A DNA stretch of 29,236 bases from a virus (Duplodnaviria > Caudoviricetes). How positions within the stretch are numbered: position 1 is the stretch's first letter; every line of letters begins with the position of its first letter. The notes beneath the pieces are model-generated. The model had not been told where the DNA came from. It was given only the letters and a program-made list of their open reading frames with translations, and ran no database searches. A program made the position numbers and the translations under genes. Where the stretch lies: positions 1-29,236 of IMG/VR virus record IMGVR_UViG_3300030708_002383. The stretch is one strand, 5' to 3'. Below, one piece after another: positions 8,747 to 19,218 of the stretch.

Positions 8747-9261
8747 AAAAAGAAAATAAAGTAGAATTTGTAGGTGAACCAACAAATTTAAAATTAGAAT
8801 ATGATGATGTATCACCATTTACTGGCAATAAATGTGTTATGATAGAATCAGATCCAAGAACAGGTATGGAATCAAGAATATGTATGGAATCAGGTTATAC
8901 AACTACAGATAGGTTCACTGTAGGAAGTAGAGGCCTTGAAGGATATGAAAAACAAATACCACAGTTATATAAAGATACAAAATTTGTAGATCAATTATTA
9001 AATCAAGTCTGGTATCTTGCGACTATGAGAACTCATGCAGCATGTTTATATGCAATGGGTAATACAAAAGATGATTACAAATGGAAGCTAGCAGAAGTTA
9101 GAGCTTTAGGTGAAGATGAAAAGAAAAAGTATCCTATCGAAGGACAGGAAGGAAAATATCATTCTCATATTGTTGATGTTGATAATGCAAAAGAATATGA
9201 AAAAAATAATTTTAAATCTGCAATTGATGACTTTTATGCATTAATGGGAAAGAGGGTTTAA
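8743..9261 (+). CDS. Hypothetical protein
   Basis: 172 aa ORF coupled to the upstream gene by an ATGA overlap; SPFTG/CMESGY pattern but no recognised family. Confidence 0.65.
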   Translation: MKKENKVEFVGEPTNLKLEYDDVSPFTGNKCVMIESDPRTGMESRICMESGYTTTDRFTVGSRGLEGYEKQIPQLYKDTKFVDQLLNQVWYLATMRTHAACLYAMGNTKDDYKWKLAEVRALGEDEKKKYPIEGQEGKYHSHIVDVDNAKEYEKNNFKSAIDDFYALMGKRV

Positions 9262-9264
9262 TAA

Positions 9265-9894
9265 ATGAAAATAAGTTACGCAATAACAGTATGCAATGAG
9301 CATAAAGAAATAGAAAAATTATTAACATTTCTATTTGAACATAAAAGAGAACAAGACCAAGTTGTAGTTCAAATGGATGCAGACAATTCAACTGAAGAAG
9401 TATGGAATGTTTGTGAAAGATTTGAAAATAGACAACATCATCATTATAGATTAATTCAATGTTCATTAAACAAAAATTTTGCGTGGTATAAAAATAATCT
9501 CAATCGAAACTGTGATGGAGACTGGATATTTCAGATAGATGCTGACGAAATACCAAATGAGTATTTAATAGAAGCACTTCCATTTATTCTAGAAGCGAAT
9601 GAGCAAACAGAAGCTTTTTGGGTGCCAAGAGTAAATACAGTAGCAGGCATCACAGATGAACATATTGCTAAATGGGGTTGGAGAGTAGACGATCAAGGCT
9701 GGGTAAATTTTCCAGATTGGCAAATGAGAATATATAAAAACGATGAAAACATTTATTGGATAAAACCAGTACATGAACAATTGAAAGGTTATACCAAATT
9801 TGCAAATCTTCCAGCAGAAGAAAAATTTGCATTATATCATCCAAAAGATATAGGTAGACAAGAACGACAAAACGCATTTTATGATACGATATGA
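9265..9894 (+). CDS. Glycosyltransferase family 2
   Basis: ISYAITVCNE, DWIFQIDADE (DxD), PDWQMR, VHE. Confidence 0.88.
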   Translation: MKISYAITVCNEHKEIEKLLTFLFEHKREQDQVVVQMDADNSTEEVWNVCERFENRQHHHYRLIQCSLNKNFAWYKNNLNRNCDGDWIFQIDADEIPNEYLIEALPFILEANEQTEAFWVPRVNTVAGITDEHIAKWGWRVDDQGWVNFPDWQMRIYKNDENIYWIKPVHEQLKGYTKFANLPAEEKFALYHPKDIGRQERQNAFYDTI

Positions 9895-10973
9895 TCAAGA
9901 TCAAATTATATGACTGTCATATTCATCGTAATGAATGTACCTTTAGGCCTTATTGGTTTGCAAACAATGTAATCAAAGACATAGGAATTGAATTCGTAAT
10001 AGAAGGAGATTCATATGATTATGCATGGATAGGTCAAGGAAGTATTGTAAATAAGAAACTTCCTTTACAACAATCTATAGAAGAAGGCATAAATTATATT
10101 TCAAAAATAACTGGTGATTATATGATAGTAGATGGACAAGATTCAACATCATTGATAGGAACCTATGATGTATTTAAAGAATCTAATGCATCACTTCTAT
10201 TGAAAAGTAGTTTGTTAAAGGATAGAAGTTTATACAAAAATAAAACTGCATCTGGAAGACATTATTGGCCAGGAGGTGATTATAGCATCGATGATTTTGA
10301 TAAGTACTCAGATAGAATAGTTTTAAGTGGAACTAATTGGTTAAGTACATATTGGTCATTAATGCCAGGCTGGGCAGGAACTAATCATTTGAAAACAGAT
10401 TTAAAAAATCAATGGTCAAAACCAAGTTGGGCAAAAATATCAGTTGATAAAGAATATGATGTTTGTGCAATGTTTCAATATCCATCCACAGATTCAAATT
10501 ATGAATATGAATATCGATTAGATCAATATTACGATAAATTCAGAAAACCATGTATAGATATAGCACATAATTTAAATTGTAATGTTGCAAAATTAAATAA
10601 TGGTATTAAAGTTCCAAAACCTGAATATGATCGAAGATTGTTAAATTCAAAAATTATATTGGCACCATTTGGTTATGGAGAAATGGCACCAAGAGATACA
10701 GAGTCAGCAGTTTGTGGAGCAATATTAATTAAACCAGATATGGATTATATAGAAACTAATCCAAATATTTTTAAGAAAGATGAAACATATATTGCTTGTA
10801 AACATGATTTTTCTGATCTAGAAGAAAAAGTAACTGAAATATTAGGAAATTACGAAAATTATTTATATATTGTAGAAAATATGAGAGAGACAATAGAAGA
10901 AGAATTATCGCCAGAGAATCTCGCAATGAACTTATATAATTTATTTAAACATAATGTAAAGGAGATACAATGA
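9891..10973 (+). CDS. GT-B-type glycosyltransferase (Glyco_trans_1_2-like C-terminus)
   Basis: SKIILAPFGYGEMAPRDTESAVCGAILIKP...ETYI...DFSDL. Confidence 0.75.
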   Translation: MIKIKLYDCHIHRNECTFRPYWFANNVIKDIGIEFVIEGDSYDYAWIGQGSIVNKKLPLQQSIEEGINYISKITGDYMIVDGQDSTSLIGTYDVFKESNASLLLKSSLLKDRSLYKNKTASGRHYWPGGDYSIDDFDKYSDRIVLSGTNWLSTYWSLMPGWAGTNHLKTDLKNQWSKPSWAKISVDKEYDVCAMFQYPSTDSNYEYEYRLDQYYDKFRKPCIDIAHNLNCNVAKLNNGIKVPKPEYDRRLLNSKIILAPFGYGEMAPRDTESAVCGAILIKPDMDYIETNPNIFKKDETYIACKHDFSDLEEKVTEILGNYENYLYIVENMRETIEEELSPENLAMNLYNLFKHNVKEIQ

Positions 10974-11551
10974 TTCAAGAAATTTTAAAAGGCATACCAG
11001 ATAAACGAAAATATAAAGAAACAACATCTTTAAAATTTAAAGAAGATGTATATAATGCATTTAAAGAAATAGGTCAAGAATATACATGTTTAGAAGTTGG
11101 AACAAACCATGGCCATACTACAAGAATATTAAGTTTTATATTCAATCATGTTATAACTATAGATCATAGAGAAGAACCAAATTTAAGATTAGCTAAAGAA
11201 TTAAATCATGATAGAGATAATATAACATATATAGAAGCAAATGCATATCAATCATGGAAACCTTTAAACTTACCTGTTTTTCAAGTTTCATTTATAGATT
11301 GTGGACATGATTATACATCAGTTTCATCTGATATTAATAATTGTATACGTTATGGATCTGATACTCAATATATGATTTTCGATGATTATGGACTGCCAGG
11401 ATCGGATGTTAAACAAGCAATAAACGATCAAATAGAAACAATTCCAGGTTTAAAGAAAATTGCTGATATTGGCGAACCAAAAGGAAATGAACCAAGAATA
11501 GGAAAGCCTTTACTTGATTCAGAAGGAGTAATTTGTTTATATGAAAAATAA
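10970..11551 (+). CDS. Class I SAM-dependent methyltransferase (Methyltransf_24-like)
   Basis: LEVGTNHGHTT, VITID, FIDCGHDY, IFDDY. Confidence 0.85.
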   Translation: MIQEILKGIPDKRKYKETTSLKFKEDVYNAFKEIGQEYTCLEVGTNHGHTTRILSFIFNHVITIDHREEPNLRLAKELNHDRDNITYIEANAYQSWKPLNLPVFQVSFIDCGHDYTSVSSDINNCIRYGSDTQYMIFDDYGLPGSDVKQAINDQIETIPGLKKIADIGEPKGNEPRIGKPLLDSEGVICLYEK

Positions 11552-12296
11552 AAAAAATATAGTATTTATGACATGCTTTGAACAAGCACCAGATTTATTA
11601 GATTATAAAGAATGGTGTATTAAATCATGGCAGGTATGGTGTAAAAAACATAATGTAGAAATATTCATTTTATCAGATGAATTAAGAGATAAAACAATTA
11701 TGAAACCAACTTGGCAAAGATGGCATGTATTTGAAATATTAGAAGCAAATGATATTGAATATGGTCAAGTTGCATTGGTAGATGTTGATACAATGATTCA
11801 TCCTAATGCACCAAATTTCTTTGACGAAACAGCTGGTGAATATTCTGGCGTTCAAGATGATTTGATGGTAGAATGGGTACATAATAGTATAACAGGTTAT
11901 CAAGATATGTTTCCTAATACAACGTTTGATTGGACAACATATATGAATAATGGTTTTATTGTTATGTCACCTAAGCATAAAGAATTATGTAAAACAATTA
12001 CAGATTTCTATTATGAAAATGAGAATGAATTAAGAACAAGGCAGCATGAAACATTGAAAAAAGGTTCTGATCAGACACCAGTTAATTATTTAGTAAGAAG
12101 AGAAAAATATCCAATTACTCATTTAAATAAAAAATGGAACTTTACTCATATGCATATCAGAGGTGTTTTACAAAATTTCTTATTTTTAGATTGTGCTTGG
12201 ATATATCATTACAATGGATTTGATAAAAAGTTAAGAAATAATATAATGCGCGATACATGGTTGGAAATGAAAAAGAGATATAATCTTGAAGACTAA
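11541..12296 (+). CDS. GT-A glycosyltransferase (GT8/GT34-like)
   Basis: LVDVDT (DxD), NNGFIV, SDQTPVN, LNKKWN, IYHYNG. Confidence 0.8.
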   Translation: MKNKKNIVFMTCFEQAPDLLDYKEWCIKSWQVWCKKHNVEIFILSDELRDKTIMKPTWQRWHVFEILEANDIEYGQVALVDVDTMIHPNAPNFFDETAGEYSGVQDDLMVEWVHNSITGYQDMFPNTTFDWTTYMNNGFIVMSPKHKELCKTITDFYYENENELRTRQHETLKKGSDQTPVNYLVRREKYPITHLNKKWNFTHMHIRGVLQNFLFLDCAWIYHYNGFDKKLRNNIMRDTWLEMKKRYNLED

Positions 12297-13239
12297 ATTT
12301 GCAATAGGATGTTTGGTTCAATGGTATGAATGTGATATTATTGAAGAATATGTTGATTCATTGAAAGATGCAATAAAATCATATGATGGTCAAGTTATAG
12401 TGGATTTTACTATTGTGGCAAATCAGGACTTAGAAAAATGTATATCAGAAAAACAAATGAACCAATGTATTGGAAAAATTGAGCGTATATGTAATATGGG
12501 AAACGTTCGTTATACGGATGATCTTCATACAATTGCAGACTATAGAAGGATATTCAATACTGACTACTGTGACCAAGTAGACGTTCTTATATGGGGTGAA
12601 TCTGATGCCATATTACCTAAGCAAATGTTTACAGTATTAGATAGTTTACATAGACAATCATTGCAAAATAATAATCCAAAATATTTGGCATTCTTTGGAA
12701 CGTGTAAAATGTGGGATAATACATGGAAACCATTAGAACATCCAGATTTCACAGATAAGCCATTTTATGATAAACCAGAACAATTCAAACCAGATCATTG
12801 GTGGAGTTTAAGATATACAATGACCAAAGATGAAATGAATAAAATAAATGATAAGACAGATGAATTGGATGTTAGGATAATGCCCCAACATAAATTTAAC
12901 GGGTGTGGACTAGTAATCTCTTCGGAGGTAATTCGAGCTGGCGCTAATATTCCAAGATCTGTTTTCTTTGTTCATGAAGATTCAGCATTTATGTGGGTAA
13001 CAAATAAATTGTTAGGAAATATACCACAATATGTTATAAAAAATATATTGTTAGTTCATAACAGAAATAATCCAAAGAAGAGAATGTATATTGCAGGCGA
13101 ACGTGAAGATGGAACAATGAATGAAAAAAGAAGAAGTAATGATTGGTATGTAAAGGCAAATAAAATGTGTGAGCAAAATTATACTAATATGTTTAATCCA
13201 AATTACAAATCATTTACCTGGGAAGACGTATGGAAGTAA
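12286..13239 (+). CDS. Putative GT-A (GT2-like) glycosyltransferase
   Basis: LIWGESDAILP (ExD), FNGCGLVIS, VHEDSAF, LVH; TTG start; cluster context. Confidence 0.6.
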   Translation: MKTKFAIGCLVQWYECDIIEEYVDSLKDAIKSYDGQVIVDFTIVANQDLEKCISEKQMNQCIGKIERICNMGNVRYTDDLHTIADYRRIFNTDYCDQVDVLIWGESDAILPKQMFTVLDSLHRQSLQNNNPKYLAFFGTCKMWDNTWKPLEHPDFTDKPFYDKPEQFKPDHWWSLRYTMTKDEMNKINDKTDELDVRIMPQHKFNGCGLVISSEVIRAGANIPRSVFFVHEDSAFMWVTNKLLGNIPQYVIKNILLVHNRNNPKKRMYIAGEREDGTMNEKRRSNDWYVKANKMCEQNYTNMFNPNYKSFTWEDVWK

Positions 13240-13892
13240 CAATTGCGATAGATGATGTACATCCAGAAAAAGGATGGGGATTACAAGGTGATACTTGTAT
13301 GGAATATTTAGATGAACTCAATAAAGAGTTTGGTGCTAAATTTACATTATTTATTCCATCTAATTATCATAATAAATTTCCTATCTCTGATCATCAAGAA
13401 TGGATTGATTGGTTAAAATCAAAAGATTATTTTGAATTGGCCGCGCATGGTCATTATCATATGTGTGAACGAACAGATATTGGAGAATGTGAATTTTTTG
13501 AATTAGATACAGCAGATAAAGTTAAATCAAGAATTTGGATGATGATGGAAGAATGGAGTGATGTAGGACATAAACCAATAGGATGGAGAAATCCAGGCTG
13601 GTTAGCTCATCCTGAAGCAGTTAAATGGTTAGGACCATTATTTAAATATGCAGCTGTACATTATGAACATAATAGAGGTTTGGTTTGGGATTGCAAAATG
13701 ATATTTGGTGCAGATGGTATTCATACAACTGATATATCAACTCATGAAGGAAGAATTATGTTTCAATCACATATAGCAGGTAGTTGGAATGATAATGTAT
13801 GGAATGAAATGAATTATGAACAAATGAGATTGTCATTAGGTTATTTGAAATCTCAAGACATAGAATTTAAAACAATAGGAGAAATATTATGA
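13230..13892 (+). CDS. Polysaccharide deacetylase (NodB/CE4, DUF2334-like)
   Basis: IAIDDV, FTLFIP, ELAAHGHYH, GWRNPGW, QSH. Confidence 0.85.
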   Translation: MEVTIAIDDVHPEKGWGLQGDTCMEYLDELNKEFGAKFTLFIPSNYHNKFPISDHQEWIDWLKSKDYFELAAHGHYHMCERTDIGECEFFELDTADKVKSRIWMMMEEWSDVGHKPIGWRNPGWLAHPEAVKWLGPLFKYAAVHYEHNRGLVWDCKMIFGADGIHTTDISTHEGRIMFQSHIAGSWNDNVWNEMNYEQMRLSLGYLKSQDIEFKTIGEIL

Positions 13893-14515
13893 CACAGTTT
13901 ACAGGTAATAAAAGTCGCTGGCAGGAGAAAGGTCAACCAGCTGAGTTATCTCATCACAAAAGAAGTAGAAGCCGAAGTAGTGATTCTACATGGATGGCAG
14001 AATCTAAAAAATACTTTGAAAGTTTTGGATATGATTCAAAACATTTTGCCAATAAAACATTGATTGATTTAGGCGCAGGTTCTAAATCTAGAGCATTATG
14101 GTTTTCAGATTCTGATATAATATCTATTGAACCATTGGCAGATAAATTTAAATCAATACCACATTACGATTTGAATAAAGCAGGAAAAGTATATTCAGAA
14201 CCAGCTGAAAAGTATTTAGAAGAGTTGGAAGGAATAGCTGATGGAATTATTTGTATAAATGTATTAGATCATTGTTATAACGCAAAAATTATTATGGAAA
14301 ATTGTTATAAATATTTAAAATCAAATGGTGAGTTTTGTTTATCAGTTGATCTTCACAAAGGTAGAGATGATAAACATCCAATTGGATTCACATTAGAAAG
14401 TTTAAAACAATTAATTGATGTTACAGGTTTTGAGATTGTAAAAGAAACAGAAGTAATATCAAGATTATATAGTGGTCATTGTTCAGGCGTAACAGTAATA
14501 TTAAAGAAAAAATGA
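13889..14515 (+). CDS. Class I SAM-dependent methyltransferase
   Basis: LIDLGAG, SIEPL, CINVLDH, LKSNG. Confidence 0.85.
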   Translation: MTQFTGNKSRWQEKGQPAELSHHKRSRSRSSDSTWMAESKKYFESFGYDSKHFANKTLIDLGAGSKSRALWFSDSDIISIEPLADKFKSIPHYDLNKAGKVYSEPAEKYLEELEGIADGIICINVLDHCYNAKIIMENCYKYLKSNGEFCLSVDLHKGRDDKHPIGFTLESLKQLIDVTGFEIVKETEVISRLYSGHCSGVTVILKKK

Positions 14516-15303
14516 ATGTAGCATACTTTATATATGTAGGTAAATATATCGAAGACGATATGTTTGATATTTGTATTAGATCTTTACGAAAACAATCAGA
14601 TTGTAAGATTGTAGTATATACTACTCATCTTGAAAATAGTGAATTGTTAGAACAACGTGGAGCGGAAATAATTTATATTTCAGATTCTCAATGGACAAAT
14701 AGAAAAATGACATGTAAAGTTGAATGTGCTGCAAATCTTCCAAATGTTTTAAATTTAAATGAAGGAGATAATATTTTAGTATTCGATGCTGATCTTATAT
14801 TTTTAGATGATCCATTTAAAGTATTTGAAACAGAATTTGATTTTATGTATACAACAAGACATTATTATGATACATACAAAGCTAATGGTGGTGTTTGGGG
14901 ATATAAACATAACAAAGTTTCATCAGAATTTTTGAATTTTTATCAATATAATTTAAATAATCCAGCCTGGCTTCCATATGTAGAATTTAGAAAAAATCAT
15001 CAATATAATCGTGATTTGAAAAATTTAGATTGGTGGGTTGATCAAGATTGGTTATGTGTTATTAACAATTATAAAGATAAAATCAATAATGATAATTTAT
15101 TACAAATGCCAATAACATTGTATGATGCTGGACCAAAATATAATTGGATCATTAGAAATGGCTCTGATGAAGTTATAAAAGAAATAAATGCTAAAGAAAA
15201 AATGATACTCCACCTTAAAGGAGGAACATTTACGAGATGGACAGATGCATCAACAAAAACATCAGATCCGATATATAAAAAATATATAGAACTAATAACA
15301 TGA
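14512..15303 (+). CDS. Nucleotide-diphospho-sugar transferase (GT-A)
   Basis: SIRSL-like N-terminus (CIRSL), VFDADL (DxD), NGGVW, DQDWL, ILHLKG; ATG 14512 overlaps the upstream TGA. Confidence 0.78.
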   Translation: MNVAYFIYVGKYIEDDMFDICIRSLRKQSDCKIVVYTTHLENSELLEQRGAEIIYISDSQWTNRKMTCKVECAANLPNVLNLNEGDNILVFDADLIFLDDPFKVFETEFDFMYTTRHYYDTYKANGGVWGYKHNKVSSEFLNFYQYNLNNPAWLPYVEFRKNHQYNRDLKNLDWWVDQDWLCVINNYKDKINNDNLLQMPITLYDAGPKYNWIIRNGSDEVIKEINAKEKMILHLKGGTFTRWTDASTKTSDPIYKKYIELIT

Positions 15304-16367
15304 AAAAAATATTAATAGTAGTTTCAGTTTATCGTCAAGGTGAACGAATACATCCTATCATACCTAGATTAAGCTCGCAATACGAATTAAGTTTATTATG
15401 CGTTCACCAGATGAGCGATCGCATTGGATGGAATGGAAAAATTGATATGCGAGAATATTTTCATAATACATATGACAAGTATTTTTCAAGTATATATTCA
15501 AACTGGAAATCTATAGATTATTCAAAATATGATGGTATTATATTTGATGATTGCCGTGATAAAGGAGAAGAAATACCTTATAAATTAATTTACAGAGAGG
15601 CAAAAAAACATAAAGCGATTGTATTTGGAAATCAACATGGCAATAGAGATTTTAATCCAAGTCAATGGGAAATATCACATGTCAATCAGGTATTCGATTA
15701 TTGCTTTGTGTTTGGAAATCATGCAAAAAAATTAATAAAACCTTTTGCTAAAAAAGATGTATATTTACCTGCAGGAATTCCATCCAACGATGCTTTAGGT
15801 TTATATCCAAAAACATCAGAATATATTTTAGTTATTACAAATTTTTTAGCAAATGAACGAAGAGTTTTTCCAAACATTTTTGGTGATGAGTTTGTAAAAA
15901 AAATTAATCTTAAAGGTTTACAGGAAAAATATCAAAAGCCTGTTGTAGTAAAAATTAAAAATCGCGATAGACATTTTGCAATTGGAAATCCATATCAAAA
16001 AGATATAGAATTTGTTCAATCAGTGTTATCTAATAATGGTATAAATGGAACAGTTATTAGAGATTGTGACGATGATAATTTATTAATTTCAAATGCACAT
16101 TCAGTGATAGGTATATCTTCTACATTATGTTACAAACCAATTCAGTTAGGTATTCCAACTGCAATATTAGATGGTGGAAACTTTATAGGATGTTTTAATA
16201 TATTTGCAGGGTTTTGTGACGCAGGTTCTGTAGAACAAGTTATTGATTTACAACTTAAATTTGGTAGAGATAATGAGTACATAAAAAATGTTCTAGAAGG
16301 CGGTTATGAATATAATTCAACTGATATTTATATTAAACATATTACGGATATATTAAATGAAGTATGA
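15300..16367 (+). CDS. Putative GT-B capsule-type transferase (glycosyl-, ulosonyl- or glycerophospho-transferase-like)
   Basis: NQHG, DYCFVFG, GIPSND, VVKIK, SSTLCYKPIQLGIPT resemble capsule-biosynthesis GT-B proteins. Confidence 0.55.
   Translation: MKKILIVVSVYRQGERIHPIIPRLSSQYELSLLCVHQMSDRIGWNGKIDMREYFHNTYDKYFSSIYSNWKSIDYSKYDGIIFDDCRDKGEEIPYKLIYREAKKHKAIVFGNQHGNRDFNPSQWEISHVNQVFDYCFVFGNHAKKLIKPFAKKDVYLPAGIPSNDALGLYPKTSEYILVITNFLANERRVFPNIFGDEFVKKINLKGLQEKYQKPVVVKIKNRDRHFAIGNPYQKDIEFVQSVLSNNGINGTVIRDCDDDNLLISNAHSVIGISSTLCYKPIQLGIPTAILDGGNFIGCFNIFAGFCDAGSVEQVIDLQLKFGRDNEYIKNVLEGGYEYNSTDIYIKHITDILNEV
16324..16340 (+). promoter_or_regulatory. Putative late-promoter motif, copy 2 (inside the 3' end of the upstream CDS)
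   Basis: ATATTTATATTAAACAT; first 14 nt identical to copy 1 and 16/17 nt identical to copy 3; ends 16 nt before the GT29 ATG. Confidence 0.35.
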
Positions 16368-17115
16368 TAAACGTCATAAGGTTATAGTAGTAGGAAACAG
16401 TCCTAATTTATTAAATCATTCAATGGGTAATATTATTGATGGCCATTCTATTGTTATACGATGTAATTATTGTCATACAAGAGGATTTGAAAATTCAACA
16501 GGTACAAAAACAGATATTTGGTGTACTACAATGACTCATAATAAATGTAAATTTCGTGATAAAGATTTTTTAAATAAAAATAAAAAAATGTCTAAACGAT
16601 CATCTCTTTTATTTTCACCAGATGAATTACGACAAAAAATGGTTTGGCTACGCCATGATACAAATAAAGGATATGTTGAACAAGTAGTTAGAGATCATCA
16701 CGGTAAAGATGTAAAATGGGAAAATATGGGTAGAGGTAAAATCAATAAAGGTAAATGGGGACATCCAGCTGGACCATATCATTTTTGTGATAATATACGA
16801 AAAAATGTTATACCATATCTAGATAAACATTTTAAATCATCAGATCATTGGGTAGTTACAACTGGTGTAGCTGCAATGCTATATGCATTAACAAAATACA
16901 AAAAAATTAATATTGTAGGCTTTTCATTTTATACAGAAAATGCTCATAAAATTAACAAAACATATAACGGATTAACTCTTAGCGAGAATTTAAGAAAAGA
17001 AGCACGCAATCATACATTGCTTCTAGAACCACTTGTTTCTGAAGGAAGAATTAACTTTATACTACCAGCAGAAAAAGAATTATTTTATCAAATTTTTAAC
17101 AAACAAAAAGAATAA
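16357..17115 (+). CDS. GT29 sialyltransferase-like protein
   Basis: Sialylmotif L (VVGNS...GNIID...VIRCN...GF...GTKT), S (TTGVAA...INIVGF) and VS-like (HTLLLE). Confidence 0.8.
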   Translation: MKYDKRHKVIVVGNSPNLLNHSMGNIIDGHSIVIRCNYCHTRGFENSTGTKTDIWCTTMTHNKCKFRDKDFLNKNKKMSKRSSLLFSPDELRQKMVWLRHDTNKGYVEQVVRDHHGKDVKWENMGRGKINKGKWGHPAGPYHFCDNIRKNVIPYLDKHFKSSDHWVVTTGVAAMLYALTKYKKINIVGFSFYTENAHKINKTYNGLTLSENLRKEARNHTLLLEPLVSEGRINFILPAEKELFYQIFNKQKE

Positions 17116-17126
17116 CAGGAAAAATT

Positions 17127-17957
17127 ATGAAACAGTTACCAGAATTTATTAAAGGATTAGTTGCAGAAGGCAAACTAAAACACACAGTAGACGAAAATTT
17201 ATCAGTAGACTGGCCATGGACAAAAATCGCAGGTCCGTGTTCAGTAGAAGGAGGTCCAGGAGATGCATGTAATATTGTAGATATTGCAAAAGAAATGAAA
17301 CGATTAGGAGCAAATGCTTTTAGAGCAGGTGCTTATAAACCATGTACATATCCTGTAACTGAAACAAAAACTAATGGATGGAAAGAAGGTTTGCGTGAAG
17401 AAGGTTTACAATTATTAAAATTAGTAAAAGAAGAAACAGGATTGCCAATTGTTACAGAAATTATGCATGATAAACAATTGACTGATGAAACATTAGATAT
17501 AGTTGATGTAGTACAAGTTGGAACGCGAAATGCACAAAACTATGATCTATTAGATGCATTAGGTCATATCGAAAAACCTATTCTTTTAAAACGAGGATTA
17601 TATGGTCAATTAGAAGATATGTTAGGTGCTGCAGAAAGAATAATGGCTGGTGGTAATACAAGAGTTGCAATATGTCCAAGAGGTGTTGGTGGTGGACCAT
17701 CTTATAGACATGTGTTTGGATCTATATGGTCACCAGATCTAATGGTAATACCAGCATTAAATGAAGTAACTAATATGCCAGTTATTTATGATCCAAGTCA
17801 TGCAACAGGATATAGAAATTTTGTTCCAGCTATATCAAAAGCAGCATTAGCAGCTGGAGCTCATGGATTGATTATCGAATGTCACCCAGATCCAGAAAAT
17901 TCAATCAGTGATCCTGATCAAGCTATTGACTATAATACATTAAGTACAATATTTTAG
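17127..17957 (+). CDS. Class I-beta DAHP / KDO8P synthase-family PEP-dependent aldolase
   Basis: IAGPCSVE, RAGAYKP, VTEI, QVGTRN, LLKRG, DPSH, GLIIECHPDP, SD; no regulatory domain. Confidence 0.88.
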   Translation: MKQLPEFIKGLVAEGKLKHTVDENLSVDWPWTKIAGPCSVEGGPGDACNIVDIAKEMKRLGANAFRAGAYKPCTYPVTETKTNGWKEGLREEGLQLLKLVKEETGLPIVTEIMHDKQLTDETLDIVDVVQVGTRNAQNYDLLDALGHIEKPILLKRGLYGQLEDMLGAAERIMAGGNTRVAICPRGVGGGPSYRHVFGSIWSPDLMVIPALNEVTNMPVIYDPSHATGYRNFVPAISKAALAAGAHGLIIECHPDPENSISDPDQAIDYNTLSTIF

Positions 17958-17959
17958 AT

Positions 17960-19216
17960 ATGATTAGTATTGTCATACGTACATTGAATGAAGATAAAAA
18001 TTTACAAAAATTATTATCTATTTTATCTACTCAAACTATAAAACATGAAGTAATAGTTGTAGACTCAGGAAGTACAGACAATACTATTGATATTGCAAAA
18101 AAGTATGGATGTATTATAGAATCATGTATACCATTTACATATGGAAAAGCATTAAATATAGGAATCAAGAGAGCACAATATAATTATGTATGTAATTTGA
18201 GTGCTCATTGTTTTCCAACATCTGATAAGTTTCTAGAAACTATGTTGAATAATTTTGACCATTCTAGAATAGCAGGTGTATATTCAAAACAATTACCAAC
18301 AGAAGATGCAAATATCTTAGATAAACGAAATTTGAGCATTATATTTAGAGATGAAAAATTATATCAACAAAAAGATTCATTTTTCAATAATGCATCAAGT
18401 ATGATTAGAAAGGATATCTGGAATTACGTTCCGTTTGATGAAGAAATTGAAGCTTGGGAAGATATAAAATGGTCAAAAGAAGTTCAGGCAATGAATTATA
18501 TAATAGTTTATGAACCTGAATCAGCAGTTTATCATTATCATGATGAAGGTAATGATAGAACAATAAAGCGTTATGAAAATGAATGGTCATCATATAAAGA
18601 AATAATTAAAAATACAAGAACAATTATGTTAGGAGAAAATACAATGAACGATTTAAAAGTATTAGCAATAATACCAGCTAAAGGTGATTCAAAAAGATTA
18701 CCAAAAAAGAATTTGCAAACAATTAACGGTCTTACATTAGTAGAACATGCTATTAAATACGCTAAAGATTGTCCATATGTTGATGATATTATTGTATCAA
18801 CAGAAGATGACAAGATTATGGATATAGCATTTAAAAATGACGTAAAAGGAATGATCAGAGATAAATTTTTATGTGGAGATACTGAAGTAGTAGACGTTTA
18901 TATTGATGTCGTTAATAAACTTGATAAACGATATGACTATATAGTAGCCATTCAACCAGATCATCCAGATAGAGAACATACATTAAAATATTGTCTAGAA
19001 TATATGGTGGAAAATTATTATGATGATTTAATTACTGTTACAAATAGAAATGGAGATTCTAATGCATTTCAGCGAAGTGGAAGTGTGAGAATTTTTAAGT
19101 ATAATCATTTGTTAGCTGGACATGTTAGTAAAAGAATAGGTTGCGTGAAATGTGGCGCAACTGATATTCATTATCAAAAAGATTTAGAATTAGCAAGAAA
19201 AAATATTGAGGGATAA
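17960..19216 (+). CDS. Fusion of a GT2 glycosyltransferase and an acylneuraminate/Kdo cytidylyltransferase (NeuA/KdsB-like)
   Basis: N-terminal half ISIVIRTLNE, VVDSGSTD, LSAH, EDIKW; C-terminal half AIIPAKGDSKRLPKKN, IVSTED, QP, DI. Confidence 0.85.
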   Translation: MISIVIRTLNEDKNLQKLLSILSTQTIKHEVIVVDSGSTDNTIDIAKKYGCIIESCIPFTYGKALNIGIKRAQYNYVCNLSAHCFPTSDKFLETMLNNFDHSRIAGVYSKQLPTEDANILDKRNLSIIFRDEKLYQQKDSFFNNASSMIRKDIWNYVPFDEEIEAWEDIKWSKEVQAMNYIIVYEPESAVYHYHDEGNDRTIKRYENEWSSYKEIIKNTRTIMLGENTMNDLKVLAIIPAKGDSKRLPKKNLQTINGLTLVEHAIKYAKDCPYVDDIIVSTEDDKIMDIAFKNDVKGMIRDKFLCGDTEVVDVYIDVVNKLDKRYDYIVAIQPDHPDREHTLKYCLEYMVENYYDDLITVTNRNGDSNAFQRSGSVRIFKYNHLLAGHVSKRIGCVKCGATDIHYQKDLELARKNIEG

Positions 19217-19218
19217 AG

